Positions 51,249 through 63,290 of a DNA stretch of 64,000 nucleotides are shown here, one piece after another; position 1 is the first letter of the stretch, and each line of letters begins with the position of its first letter. The stretch spans positions 310,001 through 374,000 of the forward strand of contig MU008206.1 of the NCBI GenBank assembly GCA_010909165.1. Direction: 5' to 3'. Below the pieces are notes generated by a model. That model was not told the DNA's origin. It ran no database searches and was given only the letters and a program-made list of their open reading frames with translations. The translations under genes were made by a program, and so were the position numbers. This stretch comes from Anthoceros angustus. Its lineage: Eukaryota; Plantae; Anthocerotophyta.

Positions 51249-54200
51249 CTACTTCAAGTCCTTTCGATGAGCGTGCTCCGTGTCCTCAAAGTTGTCAATT
51301 TCCTCCATGGCATTGTCTTGAGGCATGGTCATCTCCAGCCGATCTTTGGAGTCGTGCCATGCCGTCAAGGTCCGCCGCCCAACGCCTAGGAGGTCGCCGG
51401 ACTTCTCCTTCATTCTGCTGGCGGCCAAACGCACAACCTGCGACTGTGACCCATCCTTCTCAGACAAACTAACCTCTTTTGCGACCTCGACGATGTGGCT
51501 CATGATTCAACTCCTCTTCTGCGTCTGGGAGAACTTCGTATACATGGACTCTCTGGGGAATGAACCCTGCGCACCTCTTGTCCACCTCGATTGCAATGCA
51601 GTTGCGCCCGCAGAGCAAAGCTGCCAATGTTGTTGACCCGCTACCAGCACAAACATCCAAAATCCAGTCCCCCTCCTTCGAGAAACTTTTGATGAGCTTC
51701 ATCATCAAAGCCAAAGGCCTTTGGTAAGCATGCACCACCGGCTTGTCCAATGATGTACAACAACTTCTTCACCATCGTAGGGTGGCCAATGACCCCGCCC
51801 ATTATTGAAAGACCCATGGATGTTAGTAGGGATCATGCAGATTTTTGACCTTTGACTCTCGATGTTAACCCCCATCCTATAGTGATGTACTCCATAGTGT
51901 CATACCCACCCAAGTCGTTGTGCATGTTCGCTTGTCCCATACAAAGACACCAACCCTCCTCCCTGCACCACTTTCGCATGGCCTCCCTCACAACATGCCG
52001 CTCTTCAACACCATGCATCACTATCATTCTCATCTCCGGCAATGGTCATGTCATGGAGCAGGTGAAATATTTTTCCCAATTGAAAGTGGTCTAACTTCAC
52101 ATCATGTTTACCTCTGAATCCTCTGGTACGTCCATGACCATCAGGGTGTACTTGCGGCCCCTTAGAAACCCCCTCATACCTGCTGCATCTCTAGAAATGA
52201 CCTGGTACTTGACAATGTCCTCTGTTTTTGGCACTATGAACGATTGAAGCCCTTCCTCCATGTGCATATCTGCTAGCGCTCTTTGCTCATTTTCAAGTCC
52301 CTTCCATGTATGGACCTCGAGAATAAAGGCTTGAAAATCATCAGGTAATTTCTTTAGGTCCTCAACATCTTTCACTTGCTGCATGGAATGGCAAACATCA
52401 TGGGTTAGCGTGAGAGACTGGAAGGCCTTGGCAGCAGAGCCGGCGCCCTCACAATCGCCTTTCACAGAATGGAAGGAAATATGGTTACCTTGCCCTCAAA
52501 TGCGGTTTGAAATCTTGCAATAACTTCGTCTGAGGAGTGTTGAGGGTATTCTTGTCTCACCATTTCGAATGAGTCACAACCCGGATGTTTTGCCATTGCC
52601 ACACGAATGAAATTTCTTCCGAGTGTAACTTCCTTCGACATTCCGTTTAGGTCCAAGAGGCCACCAAGATTTCTCCGTGCACTTATCAACATCTGTTGTC
52701 CCGACTCTCGGAAGGATTCCTTGAAAGCTTCGCCACGGCTTCCCTGCATCTCTTTGGGCTTCACAAAACTCCATCAACTTGTTTTGTCTCGCTGCCTTGC
52801 CTTCCGCTTACCTTTGCTCTTTTGCTTGTTCTGCTGCGACATGCTCACCGCCGGTAGCTCACCCGCTTCCCACTTCGGAAAAATTTTGTCCACATTCTCC
52901 CAGACCTTACCCTCTAGTTTTGCAATGCACAGTATATGGGTTCTGTTGTCCACCTTGTTCTGCTTGTACTGCTCATCTTCACGGCCTTCATCGTCTTCAA
53001 TCAAACCAAGCACCTTGTAGAGATTGAATTTCCAGTTCATGGACATGATGACATGATCCCGCTTAGCTATCTGCAACTCATCCTGGAGATACCGAACCTG
53101 CTCAATAAAATTCATCTTCTTTCGCTTGTCCGCCATCTGGTTGTGATCGGTAGCCAGAATCCTCATCTCAGAGACAGTTAGGCCACAATACACATGGGCT
53201 TCGATCCACTGAAAACGCGCCTTCCCCGGTGAGATATCCGCAAGGTGCCTCATGGCTGCGTAGGTATGGTTTCCACCTAATACGCCCATGACATACTTCT
53301 TCGCCCTAAACCTTTTCCAATCAAGCTGTTCAATGTCCTCGCATTCTGCAGGATCAATCATACATAGAAGAGGAAGCACTCCTTCTTCAATCCTCCCCTT
53401 AGCAATGACGCGAGCAAGATAATTGGCCCATGCCTCATCAACTTTCCGGATCTGGGCATCAGGGGTCAGGAAGGAAGCTGGGCGCAAATTTTCCAGTTTT
53501 ACCAAAACAATTTCGGGAACAACCTTTTTGGAGTATGCAGACTGTCGAACATTCGTCAGATAGTCTTCCTCCATGTGCGACGCCGCCAAGCGCTCACTGT
53601 CGGTTTCCACATGAAGAGTTTGAATCTCATTGCTGTCAGATGGTCTGGTGCCGCGCTTGCCTGTCTTCCGACTTTGCCCTCGACTACTCCAGTTGTGTTA
53701 CTCCGCAATCCCTTTGCCTGCTTTTGCCTTTTGTGAAGTGGTGAGGAGTCGGAGTATGGACCCCTCCTTGGAAGGTGGGCGCGGCATCTTGCGGCTCCCT
53801 TCTTCCCATCGTCGTCGGCAGGCGGCGGCATCGGCGCCTCTTCCTCACCGGCGGCGATGGGGCGGCGGCGCCGGCGCCTCTTCCTCACCTCCGTCGGGGG
53901 CGGCGGCATCGGCGCCCCTCTTCTCCATGCTGGGCGCCGGCATGCGCAGCGGGCGGCTGGCGGGCGGCGCCTCTATCGCCAGCGGGCGCCGGCATGCCGG
54001 CGCCACCACCCACCTTCTCGATGCAGGCTTCCACACCACCCAAGTGCTAGGGTGTCTCCGACCTTGGGATACTGGCGGGCGGCATGCGGCGTCCTCCCTC
54101 TCCCACTTCCTCTCGATATATGGGATAGAATCATATCCATTGACGCCCGGGAGGTCCAACTCGACCTCCCCACCACGACCTTCTCCCCATGCCCCGAAGC

Positions 54201-55213
54201 CTCATCATCTGAATGTCCCAAAACATCCGGGAATGGCCCATCTTCTTCATCCGATGGCCCAAACTCATTCTCCTCTTCGTCATCAACAAATGCCATTTCC
54301 TTGTGCAAACACACCAAGTCCTTGGCGTTATCCGATATGAAACCTCCTTTGTGAGTTTTGATGGAGGAGGTAATGGCTTCGCATAGTTTTCAGACACTTC
54401 CTTCCAAATGAATGCACCAAACCAGATCGCAAGAGAAAGAGCGCAAGGTGAAGCGTTCCATTTGAAACAACAAGCAATGCTAAAAAAAGGTTGTGTTGGG
54501 TGGCACTCACACTCTTAGCACGCAACGCTTCTCGAAATTTCAGGGACAAGGCTCGCGGCTCACACTTGCGGGCATTGAAGTTGGCCAGACTCACTGTAAA
54601 CACACTGTAATCTTCTGTTGTTACTGGAAGAGTGTTGAATTCATATGGCCTTCTAGTGCATAGGATCTCGAACTGTGGCTCCTGTTGCTCCATATCAATT
54701 GTTGCCCACACCACCCACCCCGCCTGCGGCCCTCCGATTCGGCAAGGCTCCCGCTGTCCATACATCCACAACTTCAGCATTGGAGTCATGCTCCGCATCG
54801 CCCCTGCATTCGTTAAAACCACTCTGTCCACATTAGTTTCTTCTACTGCTTGCTGTGGCGCCGGATCATGACAGATTCCTCGTATGTGTAAGGAGAAGGG
54901 AATGGTTCTGGAGCTTTTGCCCTCGGTGGTTTGGCCAGCCGCTTTTCTCCCCTCCAATACTTGTGCTTGCCAGACCCAGCGATCCAGACTTTCCTGAGAC
55001 CTGGGCTCCTCCCGAACCATGGTCGATTGCAGTGCTGGATTTGCCTCCAACTGATCCTCCAGTTGCCGTGGACACACGCGCTCCACCTTCTCGCGGCAAA
55101 GTGTCGCTCTTCTTCTGTTTTGTCTTGCGATGCTTGCGCGGCTTTTCCACTGGGTCTGGGGCCAACAGAGGGCCATCTTGCAGGTCCTTCTTGCTGCGTC
55201 TCCCACTTGCCAT
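51249..55213 (-). pseudogene. ParB/Srx-like domain fused to a beta-class N4-C/N6-A DNA methyltransferase (frameshifted, probably with introns), transposon cargo
   Basis: Consecutive minus-strand ORFs: low-complexity N-terminus (MASGRRSKK...); ParB-like core 52774-53610 (IRKVDEAWANYL...PLLCMID...VLGGNHTYAAMR...VYCGL...LATDHN); motif IV-like YTLMVMDVPE (~52125-52150); motif X HAYQRPLALMMKLIKSFSKEGDWIL and motif I DVCAGSGSTTLAALLCGRNCIAIE (~51590-51740). Confidence 0.75.
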
Positions 55214-55979
55214 GGCCCTGATGATGTCTTCACAAACGAAAAGACATGGAGAAATCGGGCGCAGAATCACATACAAACCGCAATCACACAAAGAAGATGA
55301 CAACAACTTGCACACGACGCCCGCCGTCCGATGCCTCGCGTGCACACACCGTCTCCTCCAATGGTGATCCTGCGCCTGAAGGCAGCTTGCTCGAGCTCCA
55401 CAAGGTGTCGCCCAACCAATCCTTCGAAAACGGAACAGGCAAAAGGGCGCGCACAGAGAGTTATGTATTACGCTCACTCCGGCACAGAGGGGAAGGAGGA
55501 ACAGCTTGCCCTGACGCGTGGCACCCTAATTAAGTCCTGGCATCATGGCATATCTAGTGGAAATGCACCAAATCCGCGTTCTTAGTAACACTCGATATTT
55601 AAAAATAGCAATAGCGGCTCCTGCAAACCCTAGGTGTAATGAGATTATGACTGCGTTTGCGTATCACAAAGGATGGTGTATGCCAATGAATATGTAGTTA
55701 AGGCACCGCCGCCCTTCTCCGTGCATGATGTCCTATGCGCGCCAAACGAGTGGCGTGGACAAAGCTGGACATGACCTTATAGTGGTTTGCTATCTTCAGC
55801 CATTCTATAGAACTAGTTTGTGTGTGCTCTTCTTGTGCTTTTCGAAGGGACCGCTGACAAAGATGCTCACTGCGACGCACAACACCGATGAAGCGGAGGT
55901 GTTTGCACTGCTTTGTGGATGAAGGCCGGACTATCCTTACTTCCTTAAGTCTTCCTCACCAATTCCATTTGTGACGCAG

Positions 55980-57290
55980 GGGATCCGCGAAGATGCCGAG
56001 TACGGTGAGGTTTCGGAAGCCTCTGAATTCCTAAGGTCGATGGACATGAGAAGCAGAGAAGCCAGACATGCAAGACTGGCGCCGATGAACCCAATGAAGG
56101 CAATGTCAACATGCCCGCCTCGCCTTGCCTTTGAGTGAGTGTTATTTGACCCGACGTCTTGTAGTCTTGTGCTTGGGTCTAAATCTACGATGGTGGGATC
56201 GGGTAGGACATTACTTTCTTAATCATAAGGCTTGCGGCGATCATCCGCTTTTCCGCCTCGCAGTCCGGGGTGGAGAGCGACGCAAGACAACGGATGCCCG
56301 GTATGTGCCAAGAACTCCGAGAAACGTGAACCTCTATCGCGCATTGGAGAAAAGTCCGCGGGGTCGACGAGGCCAGAGGCGGTGGAAAGCGTAACTCGCT
56401 GCACGGGCTTGTTCACCATTCATGGTCGATGAAGGGGTGCTTCGCGAATAGTCGGCTCGCCACGCACGGGAATGCCGGAAGATGTGCGCTGAAGGTGAAG
56501 AGGGTGATGACGAGGAATTTCGGACTCTTATCTCATCACGGAAATAGCGGGTACAATGGATAACAATGAAGGAGAAGGATTTGGAACATGTACAAGACCA
56601 ACGTATCACCCAAAGCCACTGTCGGAGACAATGCAGTGTGCCCCTCTGGCTGCCAGTATGTTGCAAAAGCGGAGCGGTGGTGTTGAGGAAGAGTGAAACT
56701 GTTCCAGACTGAAGATTCTGAAACCATGCTGCACGAAGCTGTGCCTCCCTATGCTGCCAAAAGAATCGTTTCAAGAAGAGCGTCTGCGATTCTTGGATCT
56801 GGGAAGAGGAGAACAGGAGAGGTTCTTGGAGGCACTTGTTCGCCCACACAAAGACGCTAGTGCAAAGGGGAAGGTGCAGACGTTTCTCATGCACCGGGCA
56901 CCACTAAGATGCTGTTTGAAAGCCTTCAGACGCATGTATTGCATTGGGTCTGCCAGGTATGAAGAATTGAAGACCAGAGTCCTGAGTAATGCTCCTTGGG
57001 ATGGGAACAAGCCAAACCCTTGTCAAAAATCCACACACTCTCTTGGTGCGATTGAGTGGATGGACGCAACTTTCTTGCATCTCGCTGAGAGGTTGCCGAA
57101 TGTTGAAGTCTATAACTTGCCTGATACTTTTACCAAGCATGAAGTTTGGTCACAATACAAGCAGGGGATGGACAAAACATGCTTGCGGTACATATCATAT
57201 GCGTACTTCCTCAGATTATGGGAACAAAATTTTCCGCGCGTGAAAATTCCCAAGTCAAATGTTCTCAAGATGCCTTGTACTGGATCAAGT
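55980..57290 (+). mobile_element. N-terminal half of a DNA transposase (DUF7869/Sola-like), truncated before the catalytic domain
   Basis: CASLCCQ..., CCLKAFRRMYCIG, AIEWM...AERLPN...YNLPDTFTKHEVWSQY...ISYAYFLRLWEQNFPRVKIPK, then a frameshifted FSRC. This pattern typically precedes the DDE core in this family. Family assignment is by motif memory only. Confidence 0.6.
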
Positions 57291-58200
57291 ATAACATTAA
57301 TCAAGGTGCATGTGCATGGTTTGAGTATTCACTAACAAAGGGTAATTTACAACAAGCAAATGGTCACTTTTTGTCACCTTTAGAAGAATTTGAAATATCT
57401 CACACATGACAATAGTAATAGACTCCCTATTTTTTGAGTAGTCTCAAAAGTAGTATGAAGTACATGGACCAAGTTTCATTGTCATTGGATTTTTCATGAA
57501 GGAGATATAAAATGACAAACTTCGTAAATAGTTTCAGTACAAGGATTTGAAAATGAGGACCTTCAATTCGTGTTTACACTATACAATGTGAAGCAAAGTT
57601 GTAGATAGTGTTGAGGGCTATAGAACTAGCAAAGAAAATATGGACAATGATTCCCAGTAAAAATTAAAGCTGATTTACTTCTTGAGTAAATTTTGAGCTT
57701 AGGATAAAATAATTATGGAAAAGAATATTTGATGATATTTAATAAAATATGAAATTGATGGAGTTTTAAATATATGGGAATGAATATGAAAAATGTCTAC
57801 TCAGAAAAATCCTAGTAGGAAAATTAATCGCGAGGTGAGAACTAACCTTCAGAGGTGAAAACGGGCAAGAAAGTGGTCATTGACCGGGTGAGTGGTGATA
57901 AAAGGGTTCATTTTTGGCCACGGTTTGGTGCACCCTTGATTTTGAATCTAGCTTTAGTATGGGGCCGGTTGCTAGCCTTGTGAAGTGGGATCGGGGCTCG
58001 GTTTGAAAGCGAGCCTGGAAGCTCGCAGTGCGGTTGCGGTTGCGGTGGGGTATAGTTCACGTCGCGTGTGCGAGTGCAAGTGCAAGTGCGGCGGAGTGCG
58101 GCCTGCAGGTGTGGGTGTGGGTGCGGGTGCGGTAAAGGGTGTGCTGTGGCATCTGGATCTTGCCTATACGGTGGTATTAGCAGTTGTCACACCTTGAAGT
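57290..58200. mobile_element. AT-rich non-coding insertion interrupting the transposase, ending in degenerate (GTGCGG/GTGGGT)n hexamers
   Basis: Abrupt switch from coding to AT-rich sequence at ~57290. Hexamer array at 58028-58135. Only a short inverted match (TCAAGGTG at 57301, CACCTTGA at ~58190). Confidence 0.4.
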
Positions 58201-58639
58201 GGAGCTTTTATGTCTTATTCTTCTTGTGTAGTGTGCACAGCAGTGCGACCTTCCTTGGTCTTCAGAAGAACTAGTTATTTCAATGTAACCACTGAGCCTT
58301 AAGGAGGCAAGCAGCTGTTACCTGGTCATTTCGAGCTGTGACGATGTGATGTTTGCTTGCCTTCTGAAGGCTTGTGTTTGCCACAGTCTAGCCCTATTAG
58401 CATTCTGACCAGTACCTGGATTTGTTGGCTCCGCCACACACCCACCTTAGGTTTCTCTATGCATGCACCTGCGGCTTCTTCATCCCATGTGCACGCCCGC
58501 GGGCATGGGACTTCAACATGCAAGGTTGTACCTTCATTCTCACATCGCAGCTGCGTTGCTAGCACCAATTGCTCCCAATATTGAAAGCAACGAATCTGAG
58601 ACGGTGTGCACTTAGCTTTCCAGGAGTTGGCCTAGTTCA

Positions 58640-60000
58640 TGAAAAGCTGAGTCCACACCCTCCTAGGTGCTTGGCTTTAGGTTCCACGGTTTTGACCATG
58701 GAAAGAAAGATGACTTCTGGACACCTATTCTGAATCTGGCCTGGATTCATTTTTTGGTTTGAAGGTTCCGAGTTTGAATGAATATCATTCAATTCCCAGG
58801 TTTGTTGATCCCCACAATTTGCGAGGTTTTTCCATGTGCAAGTGAAGGTGGAGTGGTCGACGTTGCGCGCAAAGATGTCAGTAGGAAGGGCAGATTCCAC
58901 TCGACAATGAGGCTTTTTGTTGGCTTTGACTGCATGCCATTGTCATAGATTGTAAACCGATGATGCCCTTTCACGCAAGCCATCTATTTCCAGATCAAGG
59001 AAATGACCATTATCATCGCCATTTTCGGTATTCAACACTAGGTGCATAGAACTATGTGTCCCGAAGTTTGTGGCAAGGTCTCCATGGCACTATTGGAGGA
59101 AAAAGGTGAAGCGAATATGGTGAGTCTATGTAGTTCGGTAGCTTGGTTACAATGGCTTTGCCTTTACAAATTGCAATGATTAAAATTGGTTAGAATTCTA
59201 ATGTGCTCATTCTTCCCACATGTGTTGGTTGAAGGGCTATGAGGTGCTGAAAGACATGGAAGTCCCTTTGTTTTATGGGTTTGGAGTTGACAAGTCACAT
59301 GGTTGGGGTCCGCTTGACACACAACCCGCTGATTCCATGTTCCTCCAAAGACAAAGACCAAAATTTGCACATCTTGCACAAGAGCAAGACTACTACGCTG
59401 CAGCATCAAACAAACATAGCCAAACGGCACATCGCACAACAAAGTCTACACCTGTTAACAACCTATGGGCACCAGACTGATAGTGGTCTTACGGATCACA
59501 AAAGTCTCTTCCCACTATTGGTAGGAGCGCCAGTCACACCACCTCTCCTCCATCTTTGCATTCGTGTCTTCAAAACTTCCGTAACATTTTCAGTTTGTAT
59601 GCAGCCTTCCTTAACCTTCCGGTGTGATCGAAGTCCCACAGTCGTTTGTTTCGCACCATGGTCTCGCCTGCCGCCAGGCCAACCGGTGGTGGCCTGGAGT
59701 CCACTGGGACTCGCGTGAAGGCCGGGCCGGATCATGAACCCTAACCCGCCTTCCTCCTTGGCTACACACCTCTACGTTGGTGGTCGGCACCTCCTTCGCC
59801 TTTTCCATTGCCAACGATGATGACCACCATGTGACTGCTTGCCTTGTGAGTGTCTTTGAAGAATGACGCAAGAGATAATTAGTGTCAAGAAGAAAGGTGG
59901 GGAGATGACTTTCAAAGTTTTTAGGGTTCATGGACCCACTGACGAATAGCTTAGTGAGTGTAGGGCATGGTTTTCCATAGTAACCCTTCGGAACTCATGA
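58640..60000 (-). pseudogene. Penelope-like (PLE) reverse transcriptase remnant
   Basis: Ordered degenerate motifs on the minus strand: HLPTFLLDTNYLL (~59870-59905), TNV, KTKGLP...HSP..N (~59230-59270), YID (~59125), HFLDLEI (~58987-59007), FTIYD (~58945). Confidence 0.5.
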
Positions 60001-60399
60001 CCCCATGGCGCCTCACCACCCTCGTGCACAACGCCTGTGAGAAGGCATATGTGGGCGTTGAGGAAGACCGCGGCTAAGATTGCATCCGAGGCTAGGATAC
60101 ATGTGGCGGAGGCTAGCAAGGAGGATTGCTGTGCAAGGGCGGTGTCCGCTAGGGGTGATCCTGTCCACACACCACCTACTAGAAGAAGTGCCAGTCTGAT
60201 GCCGCACTGGGGCTTGGATGCCGGGTTCCCCTTCAAGACATGGAGGCGGAGGTTCCTCCGTGATCGAGGACCGTGGTTCGCACTGGGTACACCGTGGGGA
60301 GGTCCGCTTGGGATTCCTTTCGTGAACCCCACGTGGACATGCCTCGCCATCGCTACTCCTCCGCACGCCAAGTGGTAGTGGGCCATCTCGCACTTCATC

Positions 60400-63290
60400 A
60401 ATGTAACGCGCGTTGGCGAGCCCGCCGAGTGCGAGATGAAGCCCTTGCCGGCAAATCAACGTGTGGGAAAAGCCGGGCAAGTCAACTTGCTCGAGAGATT
60501 GGGCTCTCTTCTTGGAGCGGACAAAAATACACATCGCTCAGAGAGTGAGATTATGGAACGATGTTGACCTTGCCCATGTCAAGGCATGCCGCCTTCCATT
60601 CCGAGCCCAAAGAGATGAAGCGATGTTGTTGTTGTTGAAGAACATGAAGGCGCATTCTCGCTTGAAGAATGTGCAAAGACACGTACTAATTTGCGGGCAA
60701 GGAAAACGCGTTCTTCAACATAATTTTGTCGGTGCGCAGACCTCGGTTTGCAATCTCTCCTTGGTCGTGCCATTGGTGTGGATAGGCGTGTGATCCGTTC
60801 GCCTTTGATGATTCTCGAGTGCCGGATTACGTGTCGCCTATTTTTGGGGGCGGGGCCGTTGCTCGATGTGTTGTGCACAAGTGTGATGCCGTGAAGCAAT
60901 TTTGGGAGCGAGCCGGCCCTCAAACACCAAGGATGCCAAGCGCATTAGGATTGCTAAAGACGTTTGAGAAACACATTGTCCATTTCACGGACATGTCGCA
61001 GTGACACAACCAATAGTCTCGCTTGCGTCGTTGTTGGGGTCTACTGCTTTTCATGTTCGCGAGAACCCGAGCCGTGGGTTTGCAACGCAAGCAAGTTTCA
61101 TAAATTGCGTGCCACATTGTTTGTTGCACTCTGGTACTTCTGTGTTCAACACTTCCATTGTTGGACAGTTGCCGTAAAGAGTCATTTTCATAGGCTTTCC
61201 CTGCATGCAACATTGCTTCCCAGATTGAGTACTCTGGGTGGAAGGTAGCGTGCAGGCACTAGCCTAGGAAAATCTCTGTCCCGCAAGTGTGTGCCCCCGT
61301 TTTTTGTTTGGTCAATTCTTTGTGGGAAACCTGAGTATGGGTACTACTGATCCCGATTGCAAATGGTGGTTTGCCTAACTTACAAGTGGTGCAGCAGATT
61401 GTGGATCGACGCATCTATCTCGCTGGTACCATACTAGTGTGTTTCCGTGACAAGGATGCGGTGTGGTTATCCGTGATTGGTGGGCAGCCGAACCTGGATG
61501 ATGGTGTGCCTTACATGAGGTTGGGGTTAACCTTAAGTGGATGGTGGTGCGACTCCATGTGTATGGTGGTCTCGACTCCATGTGTATGGTGGTCTCGACT
61601 CCATGTGTATGGTGGTGTGCCTCACGTGACTCCAGTGCCGGTCCGCCTTCAAGTGGTTTGTGGTGTGGGTCTTGGTGGATTGTGGTTTGCCACAGAGTGG
61701 GTGCTTGTGGCGCATAATGGAGGGAGATGTGGGTCTTAGTGCATGGTGGTTAGCCTCACGGGATGGTGGTGTACCTCATAGTGGCTCTAAGTGCATGGTG
61801 GCCTTCCTCATGAATAGAGGATTGGTCTCTAAGTGGATGGTGGCCTCCCTCATAGGATTATGGTCGCCTCTTAGTGGAAGCGGGTCTCGCCTTTACAAGT
61901 GGTGCATGGAGTGCCTCTAACTGGAAGGTGGTGCGCCTCTAAGTGGACGGTGATGTGCCTCATAGTGGAGGGGTGTGCTTTACCGGGGGGGCCTCCTAGT
62001 GTGTGTGATGGCCCTCATAGTGGAATTTTGAACGTGGCCATCGATTGCCTCATTAATGTGTTTTTGGGTCTACATGGGTGGATGGCATGAATTTTTCTTC
62101 GTTCGTAGAACAAAGATCCCGGCATCCAGTTGGACAACGGCATTCGAGAAGTTGAAGCCATATTATGTGAAAAGCTTGCAGAGGAATGTCATTCGAGGGT
62201 ATCACGTGAAATGGCTTTTCTAAAGGATGCGAATGCTTACATACCATTTCGAATACACCTCGTGAGGTTGCCCATGTGATCGCGGCATTTGCCGCCCGCA
62301 GTGCCTCAACCTCCGGGTGTTGTGCCCCATTATCGACCTATTCATCGCTGAGAGCATTAGGACGCCCTTTGTGAGAAAGAGGCGGATTTAATGGCACAAC
62401 TTGGAATGCCTTTCGTGCAAATGTGAGCCTGTGGAGTGCAAGAAGGTATTGTTTTGTCCTGGAAACCAAAGATTGACGTCCTACCAAATGTTACCATCAA
62501 TTGGAGGTGCTTCCAGACCAAGTTGTCGGGAAGACAGGAGGGTGTTGACAAGAAGCGTATTAAGTTGGTCTTCATGGAGACACACCATGGACATGGTTCT
62601 CAGTACATGAAAGACAAGCGCAGGCTTTTATTTTGCACGACTTCCGCAAAGGTGGCGGGGCCCGGAATTTCGACGCATGTGGAATTGTTTCCCAAAGATG
62701 TTGTGGTGCTCGACTTCTCAGAACTATGCCTTTGGTGTGCGTAATCTAAACCACCCATGCACCGTATAACGACTAAGTTACAATTTTGGTCCTTGTTTTC
62801 ACCACGGGACACGAGGTAGATGTCATGAACCTGTGTCCGGTGTCCACAAGTATTATCACTTTTTGTTAGTGATGACATGCTACACGATACCCTTTTGTGC
62901 AGATTGCTTGGTCTCCATTGGCGTGGATGCGAACTGGGTTTCAAGGCCTCGAACACTGGTATGGCCGGATGGTGCTGGGTCTCACTACATGCACCATCGA
63001 CTATGTGGCGAGGTATCCAAGCATAACAGGGGATGCAACATGTTATGGTCTTATTTTGGTAGTGGCTATGGGAAGGGGGGAACACGATGGAGCCGGAGCT
63101 ATTTTTGAAGCGCGCTCTTCAGGCGCAAGAGTCTCACTGAGCACTGGAGCACCGCCCGATCACAGAATCTTTGCAGATGTTGTTGCATTCCTTCGCTCCA
63201 CAATATCCTGGAGGAGCGTAGCTTCAGCCAGCCATGCAGTTGCCGTAGAATGGTTTTGCATCCAAGAAAAGAGGCCACATTTACCCTCTA
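60400..63290 (+). mobile_element. Degenerate spliced DDE-type DNA transposase (second family), interrupted at ~63290
   Basis: DAVKQFWE...EKHIVHF, Cys-rich segments, VVLDFS(E)NY (~62705-62730), VWPDGAGSHY (~62960), and WSYFGSGYGKG-EHDGAGA (~63045-63100), joined across single-base frameshifts. Confidence 0.65.
61546..61616. repeat. 23-bp minisatellite (~3 copies) within a longer degenerate GGTGG-rich array (~61380-62050)
   Basis: GTGGTCTCGACTCCATGTGTATG repeated head-to-tail. Confidence 0.85.

Noticed and set aside
58835-58935. SEGGVVD...RLFVGFD on the + strand, resembling MTase motif I
   Set aside because: It lacks the GxG core and lies antisense to the RT-like remnant; likely chance.
59420-59455. 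LCDVPFG on the minus strand, resembling a second MTase motif IV
   Set aside because: No motif X or I follows on the same strand, and the surrounding motifs fit a Penelope-like RT better.
61380-62050. Regularly spaced short repeats suggestive of a CRISPR array
   Set aside because: Head-to-tail degenerate minisatellite with no unique spacers and no cas genes, in a eukaryotic context.
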